A stretch of DNA of 63,809 bases, filler included, from Collodictyon triciliatum (Eukaryota): NCBI GenBank assembly GCA_043381765.1. It is 8 parts of 8 records of this genome, joined end to end, with 100 filler letters (N's around TTAATTAATTAA, not from the genome) between each part and the next. Parts side by side here need not be neighbours in the genome. Positions count along the whole stretch, not along the records: positions 40,799 to 49,235 come from JBHJMP010003431.1; positions 49,336 to 57,800 come from JBHJMP010003432.1; 6 more parts are not named here. One strand, given 5' to 3'. This document shows, piece after piece, positions 43,490-55,400 of the stretch; the first letter of the stretch is position 1, and the number at the start of each line of letters is the position of its first letter. The notes beneath the pieces are model-generated. The model was not told where the DNA came from and made no database searches. It saw only the letters and a program-made list of their open reading frames with translations. The position numbers and the translations under genes were made by a program.

Positions 43490-46400
43490 GATTCTGATGA
43501 AAATAATAAACCTTTGATATTTCAAGCTCAGCCTCCAAGAATTTTACTTCATGGTCTTTAGAGACGTGAGCATTATTTTCTTCTTGTAATTCTGCCACTT
43601 GCTTCTGTGCCATGAATAGATGAAAGTTATATGATCTGAATATCCACCAATCTATCTGTGCATTTAGAAGTTCGTGGAGGGTGGTGTGCACGAGCTGGAA
43701 GAATAGTTACTTTGAATATTTCCTTCTGTTTATCGAAATCCTCCAAGAGTTTCTTGTTCTGCTTCTTGAGCTATATAAAAAAACAAATCTATATTATTGG
43801 GTTGTTTTGAGACTATCGATTAATTAAAGGTCATCGTTACATTCTTATTTGATAGTGTAGATTGGAAATGAAATAGCTTGGTGTTACGTCAGAAACAGCT
43901 ATGGCGAGTTCGTCAGCTAAAGACCTTGCCCTGGACTCCTTCGTTCGTGAAGATTCCAACTCCTTGATTTGCGTAATGCGTTTTTTTTTTTTTGACCATA
44001 AACAACGCCATTCATTATTTGTCAGTTTAGATATTATGATAAGTAATTGTACAACTTTAAATTAATGGAAGATGCAACCAAAATAGTCCTAATGAACAGC
44101 TCATTAATTCATTCTTCAGTTGTTGTTTTTTAAAATATATATCACTATTACTATTAAAAAATAAAATGTACTTTATGAATATTGGCAAGTTCAGCATTGA
44201 GCTTATCGTTGGCTTCTTTAGTGGAATAAATTCGCATGATATCATCTATGAAATTGATTGTAGGCCTCGTATTTTAAAAAAAAGTAATATCATTACTACA
44301 TGCAGTTCATCAGGGTAATTAACAGCAATTGTACTTCTGTGCTCTAACCTTTCGACTTTCTCTTAAATTCATTTTCCAACTCTCGAAATGCATCTTCAAG
44401 TTGAATGTACCGTTCTAACATATGTCTGTAGTGGCATATATACATGTAACATGAAGCTTTAACATTTCCGTGTCAAATAACATCAATCTGTCAAAGAATA
44501 GTATTTTAGATATGAATGAAGGTATGTAAAAAGTACCTTTCAGCCAGGCCTTTCTCTCTTTGTACCACAGTTTCATGTTGCCTGAGCAAAGCAGATATTT
44601 CTTCTGCATGTTTCCTGATTCCACCAAAAAAAATTGACACAGTATTTTCTTACTCATTTATTTATTTTGCTTCTTATTTGGCTCATATGACTCAAGGCAT
44701 AGCCCGATTTATGCTCAGAAATGCATGATAAAGTGAGAATATCATACGCTGATAAGAGGGTTATCTCTCTTCTCCTTTCCTCCTCTCGATGTGCCATAGT
44801 AGCATGGATGTCCCGTAGCTGGGTTTGAAGCTGATCGTTGGCGTTTTTGAGCAAAATATTATGCTGCTCGGTCTATACAAATAAAGATTAGATTCTCGCG
44901 ACTTCGCCAAGGTAAACGCTAATGGAATAGGGGGTTATGTCTACTTTTAGGAGTCAAATTTAAAAGTGTCCTGACCGATTGAATTTTTTCTTGTAGCTGG
45001 GATGATTTTTTTATTTCTAGAAGATAATCATGCTGGGTGGAAGATAGCTTTTCTTGTAATGACTATAGGTGATATTGCGTGAAATAGAGAAATTAGTCAT
45101 GCCTCAATATAAACTTTTCTTGCTAAATAATGGGAAAATGGCCTTTCACCATTTCGACTAATATTAAAGATACAAGGAGCTGTATCATGATTATCTACAA
45201 CTGTGTTTTAATTGAAATGTACGTTGCAAATCGTTTTACCATCACTATTATCACTTATTTTTATTTTATTTTTTTTTAAAAAAAAAGGGGATGGGTTAAT
45301 GAAAAATCATACTGTTAGATCAGTTGTTGCTTGCTTGGCCCGTGAAACCATATCGTGCGTCGATAGAGCTGTAGCTTCTTGCAAAGATCGAATAGTTTCT
45401 TGAAGGTCAATGACCTCTTGTTGCCTGAAAGACAACGTGGATGTAAGGTCTACCACACCCGCCAAGTAGAGGATATGAATTAAAAAAAAAGTGACCATAA
45501 CTTAGCCAGACCTTTTAGCAAACTCAGCTTCCATTCGAGCTGCATCGATGGCAACTTCGTGTTGCAGATTCTCGTATTGTGAGCGCCAGGCATCTGCATG
45601 ATTCTCCAACTACGAGTTTGTGGGAAGCTTTATCAATCAAAGTGGAAATGCGTGGTAAAAGTTTGGAGAAATTAAACTTGCTTAACGTATTGGGAATGAA
45701 GCAAACACCGAGCATTCATTTGACATTACAAACCTAAAAATATCGACAAAATGTTTGGTGGCTATATACTCAGATGTAGATAATATAATCACCTGTTGCA
45801 TTTCTGCGTTAAGTTCATCCAAGATTGGTGTTATTGTGTCAACCATGATTCCCTTGGTATCCAAAAGTGGGGTCGCCTGCATAGCTTTTTCGACAACCAG
45901 ATTTCGCCTCCTGGACACAAATATAGTACGTTGTAAGGCTTACACATCAGCAAATCTTTCCTTTTACCAAGAATCCAGCAGTATAATGACCAGAGGTTCA
46001 AAAACAAAAACAAAATACTATTATTCGAATTAATATCCTATAAAAGCAGAGTCGGTATAAACTCACACTAGAGCTTGGTTACTTTGGGCTATGCTCAACT
46101 CGGTGAGCGAGGACGCGTCGCTACGACATCAAAGTGATAAGGTGTACATATTTATAAGGAAAAAATAACATGTCGAATAAAGACAAAAGCTTATAATAAT
46201 AAGCCAGAGTATACCTCCCCTCCATAAAAGTGAGCTTATCACTTGAAGTTGTTATATAAAATGATTATTTGTCATCGTGAAGTCTGAATGAGACAACCTA
46301 CCGAAATTTTTTCATCGGTTTTTCAGGTGATCTGTTTTGAGATGGCTTCTGTGGGTAGTCCGAATATTGTTTCTGCTTAGGCGATCTGTGTCCAATCTGG

Positions 46401-46769
46401 GCCATGTTTCAATTAGGTGAATTATTTTTATAATGCAATCAGATTGTATTTCAGGGAGTATATAATCACAAGAATTTTAACCGGCAATATCGGATGGAAA
46501 AGAATGAAGATATGTTGACTTTTCAACAAATTATGTATGATTTGGAATCTAAGTGTGTACTTGTAGTTTCAAACCGTTCACTGCAATGCTTTTTGGTGAT
46601 ATAGCCAAATCATGGGAAGTATCATGAATATGCGCTCCCTCAAAGTCAAAGTTTTCAGTTTGTGTTAATTTAGAGTACGACATTGGCCTTATCTTTGCGG
46701 TAACTGCAACTAAATATTTACATTCATATGAAATAAATCAGTTTTGATCTGATAAAGGAACTTTGACAT

Positions 46770-46823
<54 letters not shown>

Positions 46824-48998
46824 TTACTTTCAAAAAAAATTAACTAATTTATTGTACGGTAAATGAAAAAAAATTACCATTGCAGAACTTCAAATTTGAC
46901 CAAGGATATAAAAAAAGATACGTTTTTAGAGTAATGCCTGATGAAAGTGATAGGGATTAAATAACTTATGCCACCCAAAAACACTGTTGATTAGGGTTTA
47001 GCTACCTTTTTAACTTTAGAACCATCCAGCTTCAGAGGGGCTCTGGCTTGCGTTTGTTCAAAATGATTTCTGTATAAAATTGGCTTTATTGGTTCCACTC
47101 TAAGTATAATTTCTCATTTCCAATTACAAGAAATAGAAAATAAATAGTGCTGATAAGCAAGAAATCATTCTTTACTCACGGATTAGACAGACACTGAAGG
47201 AAGAAGGTAAATACATAAGATAAATATCTTCAATATGAATTATAGTTACATCATCTTCGATATTCTATGCTCCAAACTGTCTATGCGAGCTTCGCGCATA
47301 TGATTTGAAGCTGCGCTGTGTCGTCGTAAATCCTCCGAATCTTCATAGAAAGATGGCTCAGGCACACGCACCTGATTCGGACTAGGTTTGGAATTCAGTG
47401 CGGGTGAGAGTGAATGTGAAGGATGATTAATAGATGGGGTATATTGCTGGGACGGTCCTTGAGTAACCTTTGTGAAATTTGCATTAATATCAGCTGTTTA
47501 TCTTAAAATAGCAAATAAATCAGATATGTGATTAAAACGCTGTTCAATACTATTCGAGTTGGTGTTTCATGGTATATTATTTAAGCCAACAAAAAATATA
47601 TCATGACTATAAACACAAATCAGTTAAGTTGCAGATTCAAGAATGATATATAAAAGACTTACATGGGTCTTTGGGTGTGGATATGCCTCGGATTTAGTTG
47701 ATGTAGAGATTTGAGGAGAGTGATGAGCTTGGTAAAAATGAGATGGAATGTGGACTTGAGATTTCGGTAAAATTGTCTCTGATGTTGGTGGTTCGCTGCA
47801 AATTGTAGAGTTTGCAAGTAGGCCAGGTCAATATATATTTCCGTGTCTGGAAAATGGAAGGAAATCTCAAATGTCTCATGCTTTGCCAGAATATTGGCGA
47901 GAGCTTGTTTACCTTTTGTCCGATAATTCCAATTGGGAGGCAATGGTATCTTGAACAGGCTCGGGTGAGATTGTGAAGGTTTTATATTTTTGTATGAATT
48001 CAAGTACATTGATTGATGGACTAGGTAAAACAAAAACAAAAACAAAAACAAAAACAAAAACAAAAACAAAAACAAAAACAAAAACAAAAACAAAAACAAA
48101 AACAAAAACAAAAACAAAAACAAAAACAAAAATAAAAGCAAAAAACGAAGCAAAACAAAACAAAAGAAAATTCAAATTGTCTTTCTACTTTCTATTTTTA
48201 ATCCACGAATGTATGAAAATTTCCAAAGAAAGGATATTGAGATATTTGACAAATTCTTGAATGGCCGAGTTGACAGTAGCTGACTCTTGATTAAAGAAAA
48301 AGGAGAAAATATAATGTCAGGCTTTAAAGTATTCTCAAATTTTTGCATAACTTTCAAAAATACAAAAATTGAAAATAATAACGCTTTTAAAAGAGAAATA
48401 AATCAGTAATGGTAATGAACAATTATATGATGATAATAGCACATAGTAAACTTCTGGTAGACAAACCCGATTTCAAAGCTCCATGGCGGTCTCGGCAGTC
48501 TAGATATATCAAGGATGGAAGTGTCGCATAAACGACTGACCTGTACTGGCGAGCTTTGCATATAGGATTTGAATGAGCAGTACTTTTTGTCTCATTCCCT
48601 TCACGTTCGAATATAATCTCTTCAAGGAACTATTTCGTGAAATATCGCGTAAGCTTGATCAAAATATTTAACACCGTTTTGTAAAGAATGCATTTCGTTG
48701 TCAGAGTATAAAGTATTCTAATACTTCAACAGTCTAAAAATTTTCTTTGAGAGTATGAAGAGCAAACTTGCACTTTTTAGGAAATAATCTATCGTTAAGA
48801 AAATAAAACCTTGAAGAGTGTCACATGGATGATTTCATCAATATTAGTGATAGTGTTTCCCTTGAGATCGATGCTTCTCAGGGGGTGGTTTGGAACCAGG
48901 CCGAGTGGGCGGAACCCAGACAAGCTTGATATTAGGTTATATGACAAGTTTATCTTGCGAAGTGAAACCAGGCGATCCAGACCAGTTATATTTTTAAT
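41082..48998 (-). CDS. LRRCC1: LRR and coiled-coil centriolar protein LRRCC1/CLERC (VFL1-like); 5'-truncated, 3' end uncertain
   Basis: GLDRLVSLRKINLSYNLISSLSGFRPLG..LRSIDLKGN..|..NPMCKARQYRSVVYATLPSLIYLDC (LRR + LRRcap), RIDSLEHRISK, and a long coiled coil including LQVKDKLLEDQSDSIIQMK. Confidence 0.85.
42125..42700. repeat. (AAAAAGAAACC)n-type degenerate minisatellite in an LRRCC1 intron
   Basis: Directly visible. Confidence 0.9.
47965..48237 (-). other. Candidate U12-type AT-AC intron in LRRCC1 (273 nt)
   Basis: 5' site A|ATATCCTTTC, branch-like ACCTTCAC followed by AATCTCAC|CC; removal gives in-frame EFVKYL-T-EPVQDT. Confidence 0.75.
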
Positions 48999-49235
48999 CT
49001 GAGTTTTGAATTTTAGATGGTTTTGAGGTCCGTGAGCAGTGAAATATAAAAATAGAGCATAATTACATGAAACTGTCTCCATTATTTGCTCTATGTACAT
49101 AAGTTACTCTATGCGGCCATGAGCTTAATATAAGGGGGGAAACTTGTAATCGAATAAAGGAAAAAGTACAGAGAAAGAAAAAAAAAAAAAAAAAAGGGGA
49201 AGGGAGAGAGAAAAAAAAAAAAGAAAAAAAAAAAA

Positions 49236-49335
49236 NNNNNNNNNNNNNNNNNNNNNNNNNNNNNNNNNNNNNNNNNNNNTTAATTAATTAANNNNNNNNN
49301 NNNNNNNNNNNNNNNNNNNNNNNNNNNNNNNNNNN
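49236..49335. other. Artificial contig linker
   Basis: N44-TTAATTAATTAA-N44. Confidence 0.98.
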
Positions 49336-51580
49336 TTCTGCTCCACGTGAAGCCGCTTTTTGTATGTCTTCTACACGTTGCTCCTAGAGAGTGAGGATTG
49401 AGCGTCTTCCAAGGGTCTTGCAGCTTGTGCCTGATTGTCCAGCCGACAAAAGGTTTGTCATTGCGTGTCGAGGACCCAGACCACTCGGTGCTGGCATCCA
49501 TAAGAGCGTTGAAGTCTCCACAGATGATGATACGTTTCGCAATCTCCATATCCTTAGAGATAAGCTCATACTCGTGTATTCTAGTATTTGAGCCTGCTGT
49601 TTGGAGTGACATGTATGTCGTCATTATACGAGTGTCAGCTCCATCGATTTGTATATCGAGACTTACGCAACGGCCAGGAATAATCTCTCTGAAGCGAGGA
49701 TTGAGTTTGGCTATCCATTTCTTGCATAAAAACGCTACACCTGCATGTCTATGTTGATTATCGTCACAGGACTACATTTGTGGACCTTTCCATATTTCAT
49801 TATTGGTTAGATTGTCAGGGCTGAGCCATGTTTCTTGGAGGCAAATGATATCTGCGTGAGAGAAAAGAGCAGTGTCTAGGGCCTCTTTTCTTTTTTGGGG
49901 TCGTTAATCCCCTAACGTCCCACGACAGAACGTTAAAACGCATTAATAATCTATTAGCTTTTGGAGGCCGTAGCCCCAAGTGATTGGCCCTCTCTGCTGG
50001 AGCTGGGTTGCTCAGAGTGGGATGGTATACTCGATTTGTCCTTCATTTGGCCGGTGTTATGATTGCTCGCGGTTCGGCCAGGATTTGCCGTATGGTCTTG
50101 GGCTTTTGACTGCACCCTCTTTTGTAGCTGGCGTGTTGGGAGATGCACTCTGTCGGTCACTAGTAACCATCAGTTCCAATTTTCTCCCTCATCCACGCGG
50201 TAGGCAGGGCCAACCATGTTTCCACTTTCATTTTGATATGCTTTCTGGCTCGCTATATTCGGTGGTGTACTTGACTGATTCATTCTCTTTTCATCTGGCG
50301 AGGCTTTATCTTCGACGGTTTCGGTCTTTTTTGGTGCGCCAGTGTTTGCAGGATGAGTAACCGGTGTTTTATATTCGTCTACGTTTCTTTTTCTTGCATT
50401 GGAAGCCGTTTCTCGCTGGGGAGTCGCAAGAGTTTCGACAGCAGGTCTGCTCCCATAAACAGTGCTTGAGGAGTAGTTTGTCGATCCCGAAGCTTTGATG
50501 TGCTCACTTTCTTCTTCAGTAGACCATTCTATGATGACGACAGGTTGGATGGACTGTTATTCTTGCAATCCCGAGTTTGGGACGTCGCTTATGGATTGCG
50601 CAGTACCTGCTGAAGAAAGAGTCTCTTGAGTGGTTCCAGGAGCCATGCCCTCTAAGGAGGCAGGCGGGTGTGGTTTGCTGGGTGCCATTATGCTGTTTCC
50701 CGATTCTGTTACCGAGTTGGCTTGGGCTTCCCTTTCTTCGGCGTTCTATTCATGGTTTAAAGGAGAGCTTGGTGAGATATCATCGGCTTGAGGAGGTTGG
50801 TAATCTTGTAGACTAGTGATGTTTCCTCCACTTCCTTGGAGCCATTCCACTATTTATACTACTGCTTTTTCCGTGTTCATTGGCGAACTTGATGCACTTT
50901 CAGACAAACCGCCTGGTGGTTCGTTCATCATTTCGATATCCATTTCTTGATTTTGGGGCCGTCCCTGAACCTTTGTCTTGATTGAGACTTCGAGCACTTC
51001 ATCCACGGATGTCTTGTCACGATTTCTCCCTCTGGCATTAGAGGACGACGCGTGTTGCCTTTGGCCTTGTTTGTGGGCTCTGGGCTTGTTTTGCACAGAC
51101 GATTCCTGCACGGTTGGCCAGTCTTTAGCGCTGAAGTCGNNNNNNNNNNTTTTTTTTTTTTTTGTGGTTTGTGGTTTGACCTTGTGTGTCATACCCTTCT
51201 TTGTTGGGGAGAGTTGATGGGATGTCAGGCTCTTTGAGGGCGCATATCTTCACGCGACAGCGTCTACCATGAATAACGACAAAGGTTGGTTTTTTTCCCC
51301 ATTTTTTCCTGTTCTTTGTCAAATGTAACGAGTGCATCATTCGTGCATATTCCTCCAGGCTTTGTCCAGTTGACTTTGATTGGGGTGAAGTATTCACTGA
51401 AGGCTTTAAAAATATTAGTCCAGCTGACCCCCAGCGGTATGTTAGACAGGTGCGCAACCTTTGTGACAGTTTTTGGCTTGGAAAGGAAATGTAATCGTTG
51501 CTGAGAAGAAACGGGTCCGATTCTTATTGGTTGGTCGCCAGAGTCCATTCGAAATTCCGCACGTTTTTCCCCCGTTAAAG
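49336..51580 (-). mobile_element. Decayed non-LTR retrotransposon (L1/Tx1-like): ORF1 plus the APE endonuclease of ORF2; RT cut off by the contig end
   Basis: ORF2 starts at 49943 (MRFNVLSWDVRGL), then after a frameshift IICLQETW..WKGPQM*S..AGVAFL..PGRCVSL..IIICGDFNA..LQDPWK..TWSR, with an in-frame TAG at 49772-49774. The disrupted upstream ORF1 has an RRM-like segment. No introns. Confidence 0.9.
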
Positions 51581-51723
51581 TATGATGTTTATTATTTTAT
51601 AAACGGATTACAATAAATAATTACCACCATCAGACTCACTTTAACTTGCTGTTATTAGTTTTCACAATAAATTCATGTTGATAATATGATAATCGCAACA
51701 CAACATATATTATATAATTTCTT

Positions 51724-52338
51724 TTAACTGCCATCCTCTGGTATTGACTTATTATTATTGGGCACACCGTACACATTCGATTTACTGTTCACACATTGAA
51801 ATCCAAAAGGATGGTATATAAACACTTCTGGGACATTTACGAATAAAATATATTCCGTATGGCATAAACCGGACACAGAAGCCCATCCAATCTGAGTCTT
51901 GACAAACGGCATATAAATTTCGACATCATGTCTTTGTAAGGCATTTGTATAATCAGCCACTTTCATATAAACAGATGCATATGCATTCGGTAAATTTTCC
52001 GATGTGTAAACATTCTGCCACAACAACAAATGGGATTGTCGAGTTTGTCGGACAAAACCTCCATCATTTAGAATTTCTTTAAAGCAAGAAGAGAGAAAAA
52101 AAACCCTCATGAAGGGGATCATATTTTACAAATATGGCCAAAGGTGCAAATAATGGCTCAATAGTAATTCATGCTATTTCTATCTTTTACTAGATATTTG
52201 TGAAGTTTGATAAATAGGCTGATAAACGAGATTTTATTATATGTTAAAGTCATCAGTGGTTTCATTTTGTTTTCATGGAGCGTCTTTCTGGAAAACATGC
52301 GGAGGCCTACCTGAAGAAACCCCAAAGAGCCTCTCCAT
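51724..52338 (-). pseudogene. Two further exons (52338-52321 and 52076-51724) of the upstream WD40 gene, lying beyond an in-frame TAA
   Basis: RALA*Q G|GTAAGT..TAG|ATGGAGAGGCTCTTTGGG|GT..AAG|AAATTCTA joins as RALA*QDGEALWEILNDGG.., then stays open for ~115 aa. Confidence 0.55.
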
Positions 52339-52401
52339 CTAAAATAATTATTCTTAAAGTACGTATATGCTAATATTTGTTTATTAATCTTACTTACCTT
52401 G

Positions 52402-55400
52402 TTAAGCTAATGCTCTCTGTTTCCACTCAGTTGCTTTTTCAGTGTCCTTCTTAACATTCCATCCATTTTCATAGCATTCAGCCATTATTTGAGCCTGGAA
52501 CTTTGTGAACTTACCCTGTTTACAATGGGCAACAAAATCTGTATCAAAGGAAGCAGCACCAATTGAAAGCAACAGGGATTTGTTGAATGGACTCAATCCT
52601 GTGACACTTCTAATTTGAATGTTCCCACCTTCCAAATATCTTGGGGTGATAATCTGGACTGTCTCTGCATCCTGGATTCTGTTAGTGTCCGTCATGTTCA
52701 TCGCTTCTGTTGTTTCGTTGCAAATTGCGATGATTCTGTCAGGAGCTTCTTCTTCGATGAGGAATTTTGCTTCGGCGTAAGTAGCTACCCGTTTTTGTAA
52801 ATGATGCAGTTTGTTTTCTAAAGCTATGTCCCAAATATATACGGTTCTATCTTTACTTCCAGAAACCAGCCAATATTCGCCATTCGGTCCTTGAATACTG
52901 CAAACACTATTCACATACTCTACATGACCTTCTAATTTTTTAATTTGGTTTCCTGTGGCTACATCCCAAATACATATTGTTTTATCACCACTTCCAGAAG
53001 CCAACCAATTTTCACCATTCGGTCCTTGAATGCTGCAGACTATTTTGACATAGTCTGTGTGTCCTTCTAATGTTTTGATTAAGTTTCCTGTGGCCACATC
53101 CCAAATACGTATGGTTATGTCATCACTTCCAGTAGCCAACCAATTTTCACCATTTGGTCCTTGGATACTGCAAACACTGGTGACCCAATTTGTATGGCCC
53201 TTAAGTAATTTGATTTGATTTCCTGTGGTTAAATCCCAAATACGTACAGTATTATCGCCACTCGTAGACGCTAACCAGTTTTCACCATTCGGTCCTTGAA
53301 TACAGCAAACGCTTAGTACAAAATATGTGTGTCCTTCTAATATTTTAGTCAGGTTTCCAGAAGCAATATCCCAAATGCATATCATGTTATCATCGCTTCC
53401 TGAAGCCAACCAGTTTTCACCATTCGGTCCTTGAATACTGCATATACTTCTGACATTACTTGTGTGCCCTTCTAGTCTTTTGACTTGGTTTCCAGAGGCA
53501 ATATCCCAAATACGTAGTGATTTGTCATCACCCCCAGAAGCTATCCAATTTTCGCCGTTCGGTCCTTGAATGCTGCAAATACATCTGACATTACTTGTGT
53601 GCCCTTCTAGTCTTTTGACTTGGTTTCCAGAGGCAATATCCCAAATACGCAGTGATTTGTCATCACCCCCAGAAGCTATCCAATTTTCGCCGTTCGGTCC
53701 CTGAACACTGCAAACACTTCTGATAGATTCCGTATGACCATCTAATTTACCATAAGGAATTCCGAATTTTACATAGTTCATATTTGCATTATCAAAAACA
53801 CAATCACCAAGCATCGAATTCGTGAAATCAACGCCATCCAAGTTGGCGCCAATGAAGTCCGCACCATCAAGGATTGAATTACTGAGATTTGCATTTGGAA
53901 TTTTAATGTTTGATAGATCCATTCCAGCAAACGAAACATTCATGAAATTCAAAAGTGTGATTGCATCGGATGCAACCTTTGATTTGCTTTCGTCATTCTT
54001 TGACATGCAGACAATCCTAAATAATGATGCAACGATTTGCTCACGATTCCATTCTTCATCCACCTTTGAATGGAGCAAAGTTTCCTGGATGAATTTCCTG
54101 ATTCTTGATAAATCGGCAGGCTCTTTGTTGATTCCGATTTCTTTTGAATGGACGGACACGTATTCACATGAATTCAATGTTCTGGGATGAATCCACCCGA
54201 TTTTATCAGCGAATCTGTCTTTCATCTCAGTCCAGAATTCAACAGCTTCTTTGTGCTGCTTCAGTTCCTTGTAAATCTTGTTGATTTCTTCACAGCTGTT
54301 CCATATTCCAGGATAATCCATAGAATAAAGTTTACTGAATAAATGAATCAGTGTTTTGTAAAGTTGAATGACGGCTTCGTGCTCTTTCTTGTCTTTCATT
54401 AATAAAATAATTTTTTCTACATGATGTGTATCCTTCAGCGACGTGATAGTTTTTGTTTCTTTTCTGATAATTGCTGCCCTCTGGAAGCAATCAGCGCACT
54501 GAGCTGAGCTAATAAAAATTTTAAAATTAAAACTGATTTTTATCATATTTCTGGATAGGTTAAATTTTCGAATATTCTTAAGGAATAAAAAATTACCTTT
54601 GGAACTCAAAATTTATCATCCCAACATTTTCAAGGGAAGTCGCATAATCGACGTGCATTTCTCCTAATGTCCTCTTTCGAATTTCAAGGGTCTTCGTGTA
54701 GGCTTCCAAAGAACCCTTTAATCTGGACAGAATGTGGGGAGTGTGTATAATATTTCTAAATTCACAGGGTCAAACTGAAAAATAAATAGGACTAGTTCGT
54801 TTGAAAAGTGTTACTCTTTCAAGTCATGGCTGATATCTCCAATCGCATCATAGCAGGACACAACATTCGGATGATTTTCTCCAAGGGTGGATGTGAAAAT
54901 ATCCAATGATTGATTCAGTAAATGTAAGGCCTCCGTTTTTCTGTACAATGAGCAATTACTGAATATATTTGAGTAGAAAAAAATATGTAGATTTTGTTTT
55001 TGAAAAAAAAGAAAAAATAACTTTCCGCAGGCCAGCTGAACGTTTGCAATAAACTGAATTGTTGAGGCAACAGATGCGTGATTGGCCCCCAGCGATTTTT
55101 CAAGAATTGATTTCGCTTTTTTGTACTTTTCGACGGATTCTTCAAACCTTAGTTGTTCAGTTAAATACATAATTGTATAAAATAGTAAAATTTTGGATAC
55201 AATGAACAATGAACAATGAACAATGAACAATGAACAATGAACAATGAACAATGAACAATGAACAATGAACAATGAACAATGAACAATGAACAATGAACAA
55301 TGAACGATGAACAATGAACAATGAACAATGAACAATGAACAATGAACAATGAACAATGAACAACCAAGAACTAAAAACAACGAACAATCCAATATTTGAA

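Noticed and set aside
46878-46910. ATATCCTTG motif and a possible 10-nt microexon in LRRCC1
   Set aside because: The motif is not at an exon boundary, and an alternative phase-1 donor upstream removes the need for the microexon. Unresolved without RNA data.
52402-52404. Possible TAA=Gln genetic code
   Set aside because: ARP4, USE1 and the cyclase end in TAA, nicastrin in TAG and the F-BAR gene in TGA at the expected positions, and the other spliced genes showed no in-frame stops.
52828-53748. Regularly spaced repeats resembling a CRISPR array
   Set aside because: The units are in-frame 135-bp WD40 coding repeats in a eukaryotic gene, with no unique spacers and no cas genes.
55200-55360. (AATGAAC)n as a telomeric repeat
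   Set aside because: It is internal to an intron and not a G-rich telomere-type unit.
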